From an uncultured delta proteobacterium (GTDB lineage: Bacteria; Desulfobacterota; BSN033; UBA1163), in the NCBI GenBank assembly GCA_963827685.1, contig CAWHBU010000002.1, forward strand, positions 544,001-608,000: a DNA stretch of 64,000 bases. Reading direction: 5' to 3'. The notes under the pieces are model-generated. The model did not search any database. It worked only from the letters and a program-made list of their open reading frames with translations, and was not told the origin of the DNA. Below are positions 50,200 to 59,052 of the stretch, one piece after another; the first letter of the stretch is position 1, and the number at the start of each line of letters is the position of its first letter. The position numbers and the translations under genes were made by a program.

Positions 50200-50503
50200 G
50201 AGCCTGTAGAAAAAGTCACTTTTTTAAAAAGTGCTTCTTCTGCTGGATCAAAAATAGAAAATTATTTTCTGTCATCAAAAGGCTTTACAATCCTTGGTGC
50301 AATGTTTGTCTTTTCATGATATTTTTCTTACCAAAGTACCATATCACCCAATCCGGCTCCGTTCACGCAAACTCCACACCGTATCGAACGGAATAATCAT
50401 ATCTTTGTATCTCGCCATCCAGCCCCCCTAAGCGGTCCCGGCTCTCTTTGCCACTACTGATATGGCGATTTTATCATGCTTTCAAAGATTTTTCTACGGC
50501 CTC
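50200..50503. mobile_element. 304-bp MITE inserted at the attC crossover
   Basis: Terminal inverted repeats GAGCCTGTAGAAAAA / TTTTTCTACGGCCTC; no ORF; begins immediately after CTAAC. Confidence 0.75.
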
Positions 50504-50590
50504 AAAGGGGGTGAGCTAACTACCAGATCGTAAGCTAAAGAAGAAGGGAGAAATGGGTGACACTCCTGAGAAGGAGAAAGGAGTGTACCC

Positions 50591-52537
50591 ATGGAGAATG
50601 TAGCAGGAGTTAAGAAGAAGGGCAAGAGGAAAGGAAGTCGGTATGGGAAGCGGTATGGGGTTGAGTTCAAGCTTCGGTGTGTGAAGTTACGATTAGAAGA
50701 AGGGTTACCAGTTTCTTTGTTGTCCGAGGAGGCAGGAGCCAGTAAAGATGTCATTCGTCGTTGGGTGAAGGCATATCAGGAACGGGGAGAAGCGGGGTTA
50801 CGGAATCGTATTATATCCTCGGGGAGACGACGGAAGCTTCCCGGACCAGTACGCGAGAAGATCGTCGAGATCAAGAAGCGTGAGCCTCTCTTTGGTGTCA
50901 AGCGGATTTCCCATCTTTTAAAGCGTGCGTTCTTCCTCAGCGCGAGCCCGGAGACAGTCCGTCGGACGCTGCGGGCAGAATCGTTGATTGTTCCTTCCAG
51001 AAAGAAACACCATCGCAACATCACCCGTCCTCGGTTTTTTGAGCGGTCGACACCGAATCAATTGTGGCAGTCGGACATCTTCACCTTTCGCCTGGGGGGT
51101 CGGTATGCCTATTTGATCGGGTTTATCGACGATTACTCGCGGTACATGGCGGGTTTGGAGTTATACCGGAGCCAGACGGCGGATCAGGTACTGGAGGTGT
51201 ATCGTCGGGCAGTTGGGGAGTATGGGGTACCGAAGGAGGTGTTGACAGATCGGGGACGGCAATATACGAACTGGCGGGGATCGACTCGGTTTGAGCGGGA
51301 GTTACGGAAGGACCGAGTCAGACACATTAAGTCCCAGGCCCATCATCCGATGACGCTGGGGAAGGTGGAGCGGTTTTGGAAGACGATCTATGAGGAGTTT
51401 TTGGTACGGGCGCAGTTTGGGAGTTTTGAGGAGGCGAGAGAGAGGATTCGGCAGTGGGTGCAGTATTACAATTACAAGCGGCCTCACCAGGGGATTGGAG
51501 GGCTGTGTCCTGCGGATCGGTACTTTGAGATCCAGGCAGAGCTGCGAAAGACGATGGAGCAAGGGATCGCAGAGAATGTGCTGGAGATGGCCTTGCGGGG
51601 GAAGCCGCGGGAGCCGTTTTACATGGTAGGGCGGATGGAGGGGCAGTCGGTGGTCTTACGGGCGGAGAAGGGAAAGCTGCGTTTGATGGTGGATGATGAA
51701 GAGGGCGGTGGAAAGCAGGAGATGATCTATGAAGTTGGCGCCAAAGGAGAAGAGAAAGATCGTTCTATTAAGAGGGAGGAGAGCGATGGACAAGGTAGAG
51801 AAGCCGAAGGTAGAGAGGTCAGGGATAGAGGACAAGAGAGGGAGGAAGGTTTCGGGGCACACGGCGGAGGAGAAGTGCCGGGCGGTGTTGTCGGTATGGA
51901 CGGAGAGACGCAAACCCGGAGAGGTTTGCCAGGAGTTGGGAGTCGCGTGGAGTTTATTGAACCAGTGGCAGGAGCGGGCGATGGAGGGGATGCTCTTGGC
52001 ATTGCAGTCACGGGTTGCGGTGATGGAGAAGAGAGTGGCATTGAACTCGCGTCTTGCGGTATTGTTGGAGCGGAAGAGCAAGGGAGGAGCGATGAAAGGA
52101 TTGGAGCGGCGTTTGGCGAGACTGCAGGGAAGTCCGGTGGCCAAGCCAGGAGAGTTGAAGGAGGTTGGGGCAGAGAAGAAGGTCTGACAATCTACAGGGA
52201 GATTTTGGATGGAGGAAAGGAAACGGCGGCACGAGAGGGAGAAGGAACAGAAACTTGCACGGGAGCGGGCGCTGGTGATTCTCCAGGTGCGCAGTGGAGC
52301 CTTAACTGCAAAGGAGGGAGCGCAGCGGCTGGGGGTGTCGCGCAAGACGTATTACGAGTGGGAGGAGAAGTCGCTCAAAGCCATGGCCCTGGCGTTGGAG
52401 AATCATCCTGCGGGAAGACCGCCTGTGCCTGTGGACGAAGAGAAGGAGACGCTTCTGGAGCGGATCCAGGAATTGGAGAAGAAGCTGGATGTCGCGAAGC
52501 AGACCACCAAGGTGAAAGAGTTCCTGGGGGTGTATGA
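50591..52537 (+). CDS. IS481/IS3-superfamily transposase (HTH + rve DDE) with a long Gly/Glu-rich tail
   Basis: WQSDIF, FIDDYSR, LTDRGRQY, TLGKVERFW, YNYKRPHQ; the last roughly 250 aa are low-complexity and overlap two other ORFs. Confidence 0.85.
   Translation: MENVAGVKKKGKRKGSRYGKRYGVEFKLRCVKLRLEEGLPVSLLSEEAGASKDVIRRWVKAYQERGEAGLRNRIISSGRRRKLPGPVREKIVEIKKREPLFGVKRISHLLKRAFFLSASPETVRRTLRAESLIVPSRKKHHRNITRPRFFERSTPNQLWQSDIFTFRLGGRYAYLIGFIDDYSRYMAGLELYRSQTADQVLEVYRRAVGEYGVPKEVLTDRGRQYTNWRGSTRFERELRKDRVRHIKSQAHHPMTLGKVERFWKTIYEEFLVRAQFGSFEEARERIRQWVQYYNYKRPHQGIGGLCPADRYFEIQAELRKTMEQGIAENVLEMALRGKPREPFYMVGRMEGQSVVLRAEKGKLRLMVDDEEGGGKQEMIYEVGAKGEEKDRSIKREESDGQGREAEGREVRDRGQEREEGFGAHGGGEVPGGVVGMDGETQTRRGLPGVGSRVEFIEPVAGAGDGGDALGIAVTGCGDGEESGIELASCGIVGAEEQGRSDERIGAAFGETAGKSGGQARRVEGGWGREEGLTIYREILDGGKETAAREGEGTETCTGAGAGDSPGAQWSLNCKGGSAAAGGVAQDVLRVGGEVAQSHGPGVGESSCGKTACACGRREGDASGADPGIGEEAGCREADHQGERVPGGV
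51786..52187 (+). CDS. HTH protein (IS3 OrfA-like)
   Basis: GGAGGAG RBS; HTAEEKCRAVL...EVCQELGV....NQW. Confidence 0.7.
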   Translation: MDKVEKPKVERSGIEDKRGRKVSGHTAEEKCRAVLSVWTERRKPGEVCQELGVAWSLLNQWQERAMEGMLLALQSRVAVMEKRVALNSRLAVLLERKSKGGAMKGLERRLARLQGSPVAKPGELKEVGAEKKV

Positions 52538-52577
52538 GGAGTTTCGGGACCGCGGCGGCGCTAAAAAAAAACAATAG
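52209..52577 (+). CDS. HTH protein (OrfA of a probable -1 frameshift fusion)
   Basis: TAKEGAQRLGVSRKTYYEWE, AGRP, coiled coil; ends in an A9 run (52563-52571). Confidence 0.8.
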   Translation: MEERKRRHEREKEQKLARERALVILQVRSGALTAKEGAQRLGVSRKTYYEWEEKSLKAMALALENHPAGRPPVPVDEEKETLLERIQELEKKLDVAKQTTKVKEFLGVYEEFRDRGGAKKKQ

Positions 52578-52621
52578 ATCGGCAAGAAGCGATCAGAAAG
52601 GTTGTAGAGACGATTGAGAGT

Positions 52622-53659
52622 ATGAAGGAACGGACAGGGATGCCTTATGGGATGATTTGCAAGACGCTTCAGCTCCCTTTAGCGAGTTTTAACCGGTGGC
52701 GCTTCAGGATCAAGGAAAACGTTGTTTTAATCAATCGTCCGGGTCCGAAGAAGGTACAACCGTTTGATCCTTCGGTTCTTGACACGGAGGTTCAATCGTT
52801 AGATCATGGGGTGAAGCGGAGTGTAGGAACAACCGGCTTATATCAACGGTACCGGTTTAGTGTGTCACGGCGGGAGCTGGGGCGAATGGTGGAGCGGGTA
52901 CGGCACGACCTGGAGTCGGATCGCCGTGCCCATCTTCGCTGGATCGAATGGCTGACGCCAGGGGTAGTGTGGGCTATGGACTTCACGGCATATGACCTGG
53001 GGATAGCCGGTAAAATCTATTTGCACAATACGCAGGATCTGGGCTCGCGGTACAAGTTTTTGCCGATGGCCGGAGAGTATCCGGTTGGAGAAGAGGTGGC
53101 TGGATATCTGAGCGAGAAGTTTGATCGGTATGGCACGCCTCTGGTGTTGAAGCGGGATAATGAAGGGAATATGAACCACACCGCCATCAACGATGTATTA
53201 GCCGAATCATTTGTTCTACCTTTGAACAATCCGGAGTATTATGCACCCTACAATGGAGCAATCGAAGAGTCACAACGAGAGGTGAAGACAACTCTACGGA
53301 AGAAAATTATGTTGGGTTTGCATGGCTACCGGGATCATATCGCTGCGTATGCGGAAGCTGCGGTCAATGATCTGAACCATCGGATCCGGCCTTGCCTGAA
53401 TGGGAAGACATCCTGTCAGGCATTCTTTGAATCTGGCAACAGACCGGCTTTTACGAAACGGCAAAGGAGGGGAATCTATGATTGGGTAATGGAAAGGGTG
53501 GAAAGGATTTTGTTGGCAATGAATCAATCTGGACTGGCTGTCAGAGAATCAGCCTGGAGGATCGCGGTGGAATCCTGGCTCCAATCCAGTGGACATATCA
53601 GGGTTCACATCAATAAAAAGTGTCACCCAATTTTACCCCTTTTTTTAGCTCATGAATAG
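52622..53659 (+). CDS. Second rve/DDE transposase domain (OrfB)
   Basis: WAMDFT, TQDLGSRY, LKRDNEG, PYNGAIEES, LNHRIRP; in the -1 frame relative to 52209..52577 and open from the A9 run. Confidence 0.8.
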   Translation: MKERTGMPYGMICKTLQLPLASFNRWRFRIKENVVLINRPGPKKVQPFDPSVLDTEVQSLDHGVKRSVGTTGLYQRYRFSVSRRELGRMVERVRHDLESDRRAHLRWIEWLTPGVVWAMDFTAYDLGIAGKIYLHNTQDLGSRYKFLPMAGEYPVGEEVAGYLSEKFDRYGTPLVLKRDNEGNMNHTAINDVLAESFVLPLNNPEYYAPYNGAIEESQREVKTTLRKKIMLGLHGYRDHIAAYAEAAVNDLNHRIRPCLNGKTSCQAFFESGNRPAFTKRQRRGIYDWVMERVERILLAMNQSGLAVRESAWRIAVESWLQSSGHIRVHINKKCHPILPLFLAHE

Positions 53660-53678
53660 GTAGCGTGTACGGTGAGCT

Positions 53679-53728
53679 TGAGCTAAGTGGTGGGCGCTTT
53701 GCCCATCCACTTGAGCGACTTGTTCAGC
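53679..53728 (-). other. attC site, R''/L''/L' part (split by insertions)
   Basis: Minus strand: GCTGAAC AAGTC GCTCAAGT GGATGGGCAAAGCGCCCACC ACTTAGC; its R' GTTAGTG lies at 50193-50199. Confidence 0.75.
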
Positions 53729-53730
53729 AC

Positions 53731-54852
53731 TAGTATCTACTTGACATAATAAGCGTAATATGCTAACTTTCCTGTATTATGAGCAGGAAAGCAAAAGAAA
53801 TCACGTTGGAGCCCGAGCAACGGGCTGAGTTGGATCGATTGGTTCGAACCCATACCACTCCCAAGCGTATGGCGGAGAGGGCGCAAATTATTCTCTGGGG
53901 TGCTGAAGGGCAGAGTAACACGGAGATTGCCAAAAGGCTGAGGACTCGTGTTGCACGCGTTTGCAAATGGCGTAGCCGTTTCGTCAGAGAAGGGTTGGCA
54001 GGTTTGCTTGATGAACCGCGCCCCGGGCAGCCACGTAAGTACACCGCAGAGACCGAACACACAATTCTGCGCAAGATCGATGAAGCTCCTCCGAAGGGAT
54101 ATGCCCAGTGGAACGGAAGGCTTCTGGGGGAGAGGACGAGCATCCCGGATTATGAAGTGTGGGCGGTGTTGCGCAAGTATGGGATTAGCCTTCAGAGACG
54201 GCGCAGTTGGTGTATTTCGACGGACCCTGAATTTGCACGGAAGTCCGCTGATATTGTTGGGCTTTACCTGGATCCTCCTGAGAACGCCATGGTGGTATGC
54301 ATGGATGAGAAGCCAGCCATTCAGGCGTTGGAACGGGCTCAGGGGTGGCTTAAACTGCCCAATGGCAAGGCGCTGACGGGAGCCAACCATGAGTATAGAC
54401 GGCATGGAACGAGTACCCTCTTTGCAGCCTTGAATGTGGCCACGGGACAAGTGAAGGCGGGCCATTACGGCCGCCGTTGTCGCCGGGAGTTTCTGGATTT
54501 TATGAACGAGATCGTTGCCGAACATCCGGACGAGGAAATCCATGTGATTATGGACAATTTGAAGACTCATCGACCGAAGAGGGATCATTGGATTAAACGC
54601 CATCCGAAGGTTCATTTTCATTTTACGCCCACACATGCTTCCTGGCTGAACCAGATCGAAATCTGGTTCAGTCTTCTGAGCCGCTATGCCTTGAGGGGCG
54701 CCTCCTTTACAAGCGTCCGACAGTTGCGCCAGGCGATCGATGAGTTTATTTCCGTCCATAACGAAAAGGCAGCCCCGTTTGAATGGACCAAGCGTTATGT
54801 CAAATCAGTTCACCCTAAAAATAAGTACGCTTATTTATATAATTAGATACTA
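53731..54852 (+). mobile_element. IS630-family insertion sequence
   Basis: Inverted ends TAGTATCTACTTGACATAATAAGCGTA / TACGCTTATTTATATAATTAGATACTA; CTAG (TA duplication) at both ends. Confidence 0.92.
53779..54846 (+). CDS. IS630-family transposase
   Basis: GLAGLLDEPRPG, CMDEKP, YRRHGT, IMDNL, TPTHASWLNQIEIWF. Confidence 0.95.
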   Translation: MSRKAKEITLEPEQRAELDRLVRTHTTPKRMAERAQIILWGAEGQSNTEIAKRLRTRVARVCKWRSRFVREGLAGLLDEPRPGQPRKYTAETEHTILRKIDEAPPKGYAQWNGRLLGERTSIPDYEVWAVLRKYGISLQRRRSWCISTDPEFARKSADIVGLYLDPPENAMVVCMDEKPAIQALERAQGWLKLPNGKALTGANHEYRRHGTSTLFAALNVATGQVKAGHYGRRCRREFLDFMNEIVAEHPDEEIHVIMDNLKTHRPKRDHWIKRHPKVHFHFTPTHASWLNQIEIWFSLLSRYALRGASFTSVRQLRQAIDEFISVHNEKAAPFEWTKRYVKSVHPKNKYAYLYN

Positions 54853-54855
54853 GTA

Positions 54856-55290
54856 TTATGTCCATGCCCCTGGAGATAAAGTTTTTGGTTTGTAGTTTGG
54901 ATTTGAGAAAGATTTGCAACATTCATTCCGTTTACATCTCCAACCCGATTCATCTTCTTGGAGCGGAGATTCTATGTTTGACATTAAGCATGAGCTGCAA
55001 AATGGCTCTCCTGATTTTTTATGAAAGAAAATTCCAAGCCGTTTATCGAAGCGGTAATGGCGACGTTTATTGCGAGTGAGGAGAATATAGAAAAGTGCTC
55101 CAGATAACGCCAGAAATTGTACCAGTATTATTGCAAGTAACCCTGTTTTGGATAGTTCGGGCAACACTTTTTGAAGGAATGGAAGGGAAATCTCTTTCCA
55201 CACAATGGCAAGAAGGAATCCTATCACTCCTGCTATCGCTGATAATAGGAATTCCATTAATCTTTTCTGTATTATTTCTTTTATTTTCAT
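54856..55290 (-). CDS. Cassette ORF: two-TM protein with a C-terminal Zn-ribbon-like region
   Basis: ATG 55290 directly after GTTCGGCAC, which nearly complements the GTGCTGAAC of the downstream attC; CSSC...CKRNECC. Confidence 0.65.
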   Translation of the reverse strand: MKIKEIIQKRLMEFLLSAIAGVIGFLLAIVWKEISLPFLQKVLPELSKTGLLAIILVQFLALSGALFYILLTRNKRRHYRFDKRLGIFFHKKSGEPFCSSCLMSNIESPLQEDESGWRCKRNECCKSFSNPNYKPKTLSPGAWT

Positions 55291-55354
55291 GTGCCGAACA
55301 GATATTATGCCATCCTTTGTTTTTCTTTCATAGCACGCCATCTCTGGTGAAGCC

Positions 55355-55702
55355 CTATGCCTCTATGCGTGTTGGCTGCCAACGTACATAGTTACCATCG
55401 TGAGGATTGGTATGGATAAACTGATCTGTCGCCAATTGAGATAGTCTCGACGGTTCCAACCGCACAGTTGCAAACGGGTTGTGATAGACTTCGAGACCGA
55501 GGTCATCCTGTGACGTTTCTTTGAGCACGGCAACAAAACTCAGGACACGACAGGTGTTTCTCGTTACCTTGCGTCCTCCCATAAAGCCGGCTCCCAGCGT
55601 GACAATGGTACCACCTGATGGCGCAGGAATTCCGAACCTGTATCCGTAGTCCCCGAACATGGCTTTCGTTACGGTCCAACAGTCCGGACTCTGATCCGCC
55701 AC
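55355..55702 (-). pseudogene. Probable C-terminal gene fragment
   Basis: Protein-like sequence with a VYHNPFA motif but no convincing start or RBS; lies between two attI-like sites. Confidence 0.4.
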
Positions 55703-55750
55703 AAAGAATTACGTGTTTCAGATTAAGAATTTCTAGTATCTCTTCTCTGT

Positions 55751-55775
55751 TCATAACAGATATTAGACGGAAAAA
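55751..55775 (-). other. attI-like site heading the minus-strand cassette region
   Basis: TTTTCCGTCTAATATCTGTTATGA; shares TAATATCTGTT with 55297-55307; AT-rich promoter-like sequence upstream. Confidence 0.5.
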
Positions 55776-56293
55776 TTATATTATGATATAATAATTCTGC
55801 CTATTATTACATGCTTGATTCTCGTCTAACTTGTTAAAATAAAAAAGGGTTCTATGGTGAAAATCATGGATATCCACAATTGCTCCATAGAGTCCGGCGG
55901 ATATCTGAAGAAAGCAAAGATCAATGATTTAGTGCGGGCTCTCCGGGGCATGCAGCCCCGGTGTTCCTGGAATGATAGAACATTATCAAGAAAGGATAGA
56001 GGCGTCAAGATTTTTAGATAGCCTGTTTTTAATTCCCATCCCCTGAAACAAGTCATGTCATCCAGAACTACATGGAAAATAACCCGATTATCCCTCTCTC
56101 CTATGGGGGTCGGAATGGACTCGTACCGAGGAGAGGGCTGGGGTGAGGGTGCATTATCACCTTTTTTATCCCCCTCCCCTTAATCCCCTCCCGCCAGGGG
56201 AGGGGAGTTTTTGGGGTTTGTCTTTTTGAATGTCTATTTTTCGGTCCTTAATTTTTCTTGACTTTCATGAAAAAATTTAATAAAAGGTGACTC

Positions 56294-56974
56294 ATGATTC
56301 TACGACTCGAAGAGATCGAAAAGATAGTTTGGGAAGAGGAAAAGCTCTTCCTGATGAAACAGGTTGGGATTCTCCTGATCAAGAACAATGCAATCAAATT
56401 TGGTGACTATATCTTAGCCTCCGGGAAGAAAAGCCCTTACTATATTGATCTGAGACAAACTATTTCCAGCCCGACCACCATGGACTGGATCGCCAATTCT
56501 TTGACCCGAATCGTCCTCAATGAAATCGGGACGGGTAAGATTGACAAGATCTTAGGAGTCCCGACGGCAGGGGTTCCGTTTGCCACAGTGGTGAGTCAGA
56601 AATTGGGCATTCCCCTGATTTACTATCGACAAGCCAGGAAAGAACACGGGGTAAGGAAGAAGGTTGAGGGTATTCTGGAACGTAACGATCGGGTTCTGGT
56701 TATCGATGATTTGATCACCACGGGTGAAAGTGTGATTGAGACAGCAGAGGTGATCAGAGATCAGGGAGGTGTGGTTAACGAACTGGTCGTACTTTTGGAT
56801 CGGGAGCAAGGGGGTCAGCAGAGACTCCGATCCTCCCGGATTGAACCTCATGCCCTGTTTAAGATTTCAGATGCCATGACGTGGCTTAACAAAGTTGGTC
56901 TCATCGAAGATAAGGTCTATGAGACATTGATCAAATATATCGAAGAAGAAAGTCAGACGGCTGCAATCAGTTGA
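56294..56974 (+). CDS. pyrE: Orotate phosphoribosyltransferase
   Basis: FGDYILASGKKSPYYIDLR, RKEHG, VIDDLITTG, LLDREQGG. Confidence 0.93.
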   Translation: MILRLEEIEKIVWEEEKLFLMKQVGILLIKNNAIKFGDYILASGKKSPYYIDLRQTISSPTTMDWIANSLTRIVLNEIGTGKIDKILGVPTAGVPFATVVSQKLGIPLIYYRQARKEHGVRKKVEGILERNDRVLVIDDLITTGESVIETAEVIRDQGGVVNELVVLLDREQGGQQRLRSSRIEPHALFKISDAMTWLNKVGLIEDKVYETLIKYIEEESQTAAIS

Positions 56975-57002
56975 TTCTGAGCTGTCAGGCAAGAAATCAA
57001 AC

Positions 57003-57142
57003 CCCAAATCCCGATTTAGAAAAGGAAACCCTTTTGCCGACATGTCATTGCGAGCACCTGAAAGGTGCGCGGCAATCTTTCTGAAGAAAGCGAGACTGCT
57101 TCGTTTCACTCGCAGAGACAGTTTCCTAAATCGGGATTTGGG
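57003..57142. repeat. Inverted-repeat element enclosing a REP pair
   Basis: CCCAAATCCCGATTTAG ... CTAAATCGGGATTTGGG around GTCATTGCGAG...CTCGCAGAGAC. Confidence 0.6.
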
Positions 57143-57208
57143 TTAAACGGAAGTCGGGTTATCTTAGGTTAAAAAATTTAATCGGTTTTAAAAGGCAAGT
57201 ATATTAAT

Positions 57209-57246
57209 AAAAGAGGCCCCTCGCAATGGGCCTCTTTTATTTATTT
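57209..57246. terminator. Bidirectional intrinsic terminator
   Basis: AAAAGAGGCCC ... GGGCCTCTTTT between convergent genes. Confidence 0.75.
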
Positions 57247-58739
57247 TAGGCTATCTTTTTCTGGGCTTCTGCTTTGGCATTAGCAATGGCCTCGTCCTCT
57301 TTTTTCACATCATCTAAGGTCTTTGGTTTCACCTTATCCGGCATGGGTTCCAATCCGTACTTCCACTTCAAGAAATCTTTTCCCGTCTGGGGAAATAGCG
57401 CATAAACCAGCGTGTCACAAACATCCTTCGCCAAGCCCTCTGTCTCCTTCTTCACCTTCTCCATCTCCGGCTCAATCAAATCCGCGGGCCGACACGTAAT
57501 AGGCTCCTTGCCCCTTTTATATCCTTTCAACACTAACTTCTTGATCTCATCAGAAATGGGGAGAGGAGGTTTCCCGTAAAGACCATACACGTAATTCTGC
57601 GTCTCCATCGATACCATCTTATACCGACCAAATAAAACGTTGAGCACAGCCTGAACCCCCACAATCTGGGAAGTAGGCGTCACCAGCGGAGGATAGCCCA
57701 AATCCTTGCGGGTCTGAGGAAGCTCGGCATAAACCTCATCTAGCCGATGGAGAGCCTTCTGCTGTTTGAGTTGACTCACCATGTTCGAGATCATCCCCCC
57801 GGGTATCTGATGCCTCAGCACATTCGTATCAATCACCGCCATCTTCGTCGTATCCAAGAACTCCCGATACTTGGGCGCAATGCTTTCGATATAATCCCCA
57901 AGTTTCAAGAGCTTGTCCAGATCCAACTTCGGATCCCAAGGCGTCCCCTCCAAAGCCACCACAATCGGCTCCACCGCAGGCTGTGAAGACCTCAGTGCAA
58001 AAGGAGCTAAGGCCGTATCGACAATGTCCACCCCCGCCTCAATCGCCTTAAGATAGGTCATCGATGCCATCCCACTCGTATAATGGGTATGTAGTTGAAT
58101 GGGGATTTTAATGGTCTTCTTCAAGGCCTTTACCAACTCGTAGGCATCATAGGGAGCCAGCAACCCGGCCATATCCTTGATACAGAGGGAATCCGCTCCC
58201 ATCCCCTCCAATATCTTTGCCTTCTCAATATAGTAGTTGAGATTATAAACCGGCCCCCCCATCCTCCTCTCGGTCAAAGAATAACAGATCGTCCCCTGAA
58301 CATGCTTTCCCACCCTTTTGATCACCTTAAAGGCGGTCTCAAAGTTTCGCTCATCATTGACCGCATCAAAACAGCGGAAGATGTCAATGCCTACTTCAGC
58401 TGACTTCTCGATGAAGGCCTCCACCAGGTCATCCGGATGGTTCCGGTAAGCTACCAGATTCTGACCCCGAAGAAGCATCTGAAAGGGAGTTCTGGGCATC
58501 AATTTCTTCAACACCCTCACCCTCTCCCAGGGATCTTCTCCTAAAAACCGATGGGAAACATCAAAGGTAGCTCCTCCCCACATCTCCACCGAGTAGAACC
58601 CCACCTTATCCAGTTCCTCGGCAATGGGAATCATATCCTCTGTCCTCATTCGGGTGGCTAAACTCGATTGATGCCCATCCCGAAAGGTTGTATCCGTTAT
58701 CTTTAGAGGTTTCTTCGGTATCTTGTCCATCGCTTCCAT
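57246..58739 (-). CDS. Pyruvate carboxyltransferase subunit (PycB / OadA / transcarboxylase 5S type) without a biotin-carrier domain
   Basis: TDTTFRDGHQS, EMWGGATFD, QMLLRGQN, CIKDMAG, LHTH, PGGMISN, PPLVTPTSQ. Confidence 0.9.
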   Translation of the reverse strand: MEAMDKIPKKPLKITDTTFRDGHQSSLATRMRTEDMIPIAEELDKVGFYSVEMWGGATFDVSHRFLGEDPWERVRVLKKLMPRTPFQMLLRGQNLVAYRNHPDDLVEAFIEKSAEVGIDIFRCFDAVNDERNFETAFKVIKRVGKHVQGTICYSLTERRMGGPVYNLNYYIEKAKILEGMGADSLCIKDMAGLLAPYDAYELVKALKKTIKIPIQLHTHYTSGMASMTYLKAIEAGVDIVDTALAPFALRSSQPAVEPIVVALEGTPWDPKLDLDKLLKLGDYIESIAPKYREFLDTTKMAVIDTNVLRHQIPGGMISNMVSQLKQQKALHRLDEVYAELPQTRKDLGYPPLVTPTSQIVGVQAVLNVLFGRYKMVSMETQNYVYGLYGKPPLPISDEIKKLVLKGYKRGKEPITCRPADLIEPEMEKVKKETEGLAKDVCDTLVYALFPQTGKDFLKWKYGLEPMPDKVKPKTLDDVKKEDEAIANAKAEAQKKIA

Positions 58740-58920
58740 CTTCTTCCTCCTCAACGAGCCTTTTGACACAAACAGGTATGATTTTTCCAAAACCACTTGC
58801 CACGCCGTTTGCAAATCTGTTAACATATTGAGAATTTTTTTTCAAACAAAAGCTTTCAAGTCCCATCGTATCCCAGGAGAGCTCTGAAAAACTATTATAC
58901 GCTCTCTGCATTTTACATCT

Positions 58921-58977
58921 GTGTAATCGGTCATAATCTGCGTAATCAGAGATTTCGAGGCTTTTTTCAGAAATCTC
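58921..58977. repeat. Dispersed repeat; inverted copy at 61089-61144
   Basis: GTGTAATCG...GTAATCAGAGATTTC...TTTTTCAGAAATCTC matches the reverse complement of 61089-61144. Confidence 0.7.
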
Positions 58978-59052
58978 CCCAATTTTTCTTGACAAAAAGA
59001 GTTTTTTTCATATATTTATGTCTCTAATTTATTGGCCAAGAGCTGTAACGAT

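Larger units (their letters stand above)
50520..53663 (+). mobile_element. Element with two DDE transposases and an accessory HTH ORF, inserted in an attC
   Basis: 45-bp imperfect inverted repeats at 50520-50564 and 53619-53663 (33/45 identical by manual alignment); flanking direct repeat TGAGCTAA (50512, 53679) or GGTGAGCT (50510, 53671). Confidence 0.8.

Noticed and set aside
51656-52345. Antisense Ser/Pro-rich ORFs in the two-transposase element
   Set aside because: Expected from the purine-rich plus strand; no coding evidence
53737-54759. 340-aa ORF antisense to the IS630 transposase
   Set aside because: Shadow of the transposase reading frame; no RBS or recognisable domain
55826-56060. 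Second intI remnant beside the attI-like site at 55751
   Set aside because: No IntI or tyrosine-recombinase motifs were found in the frames inspected
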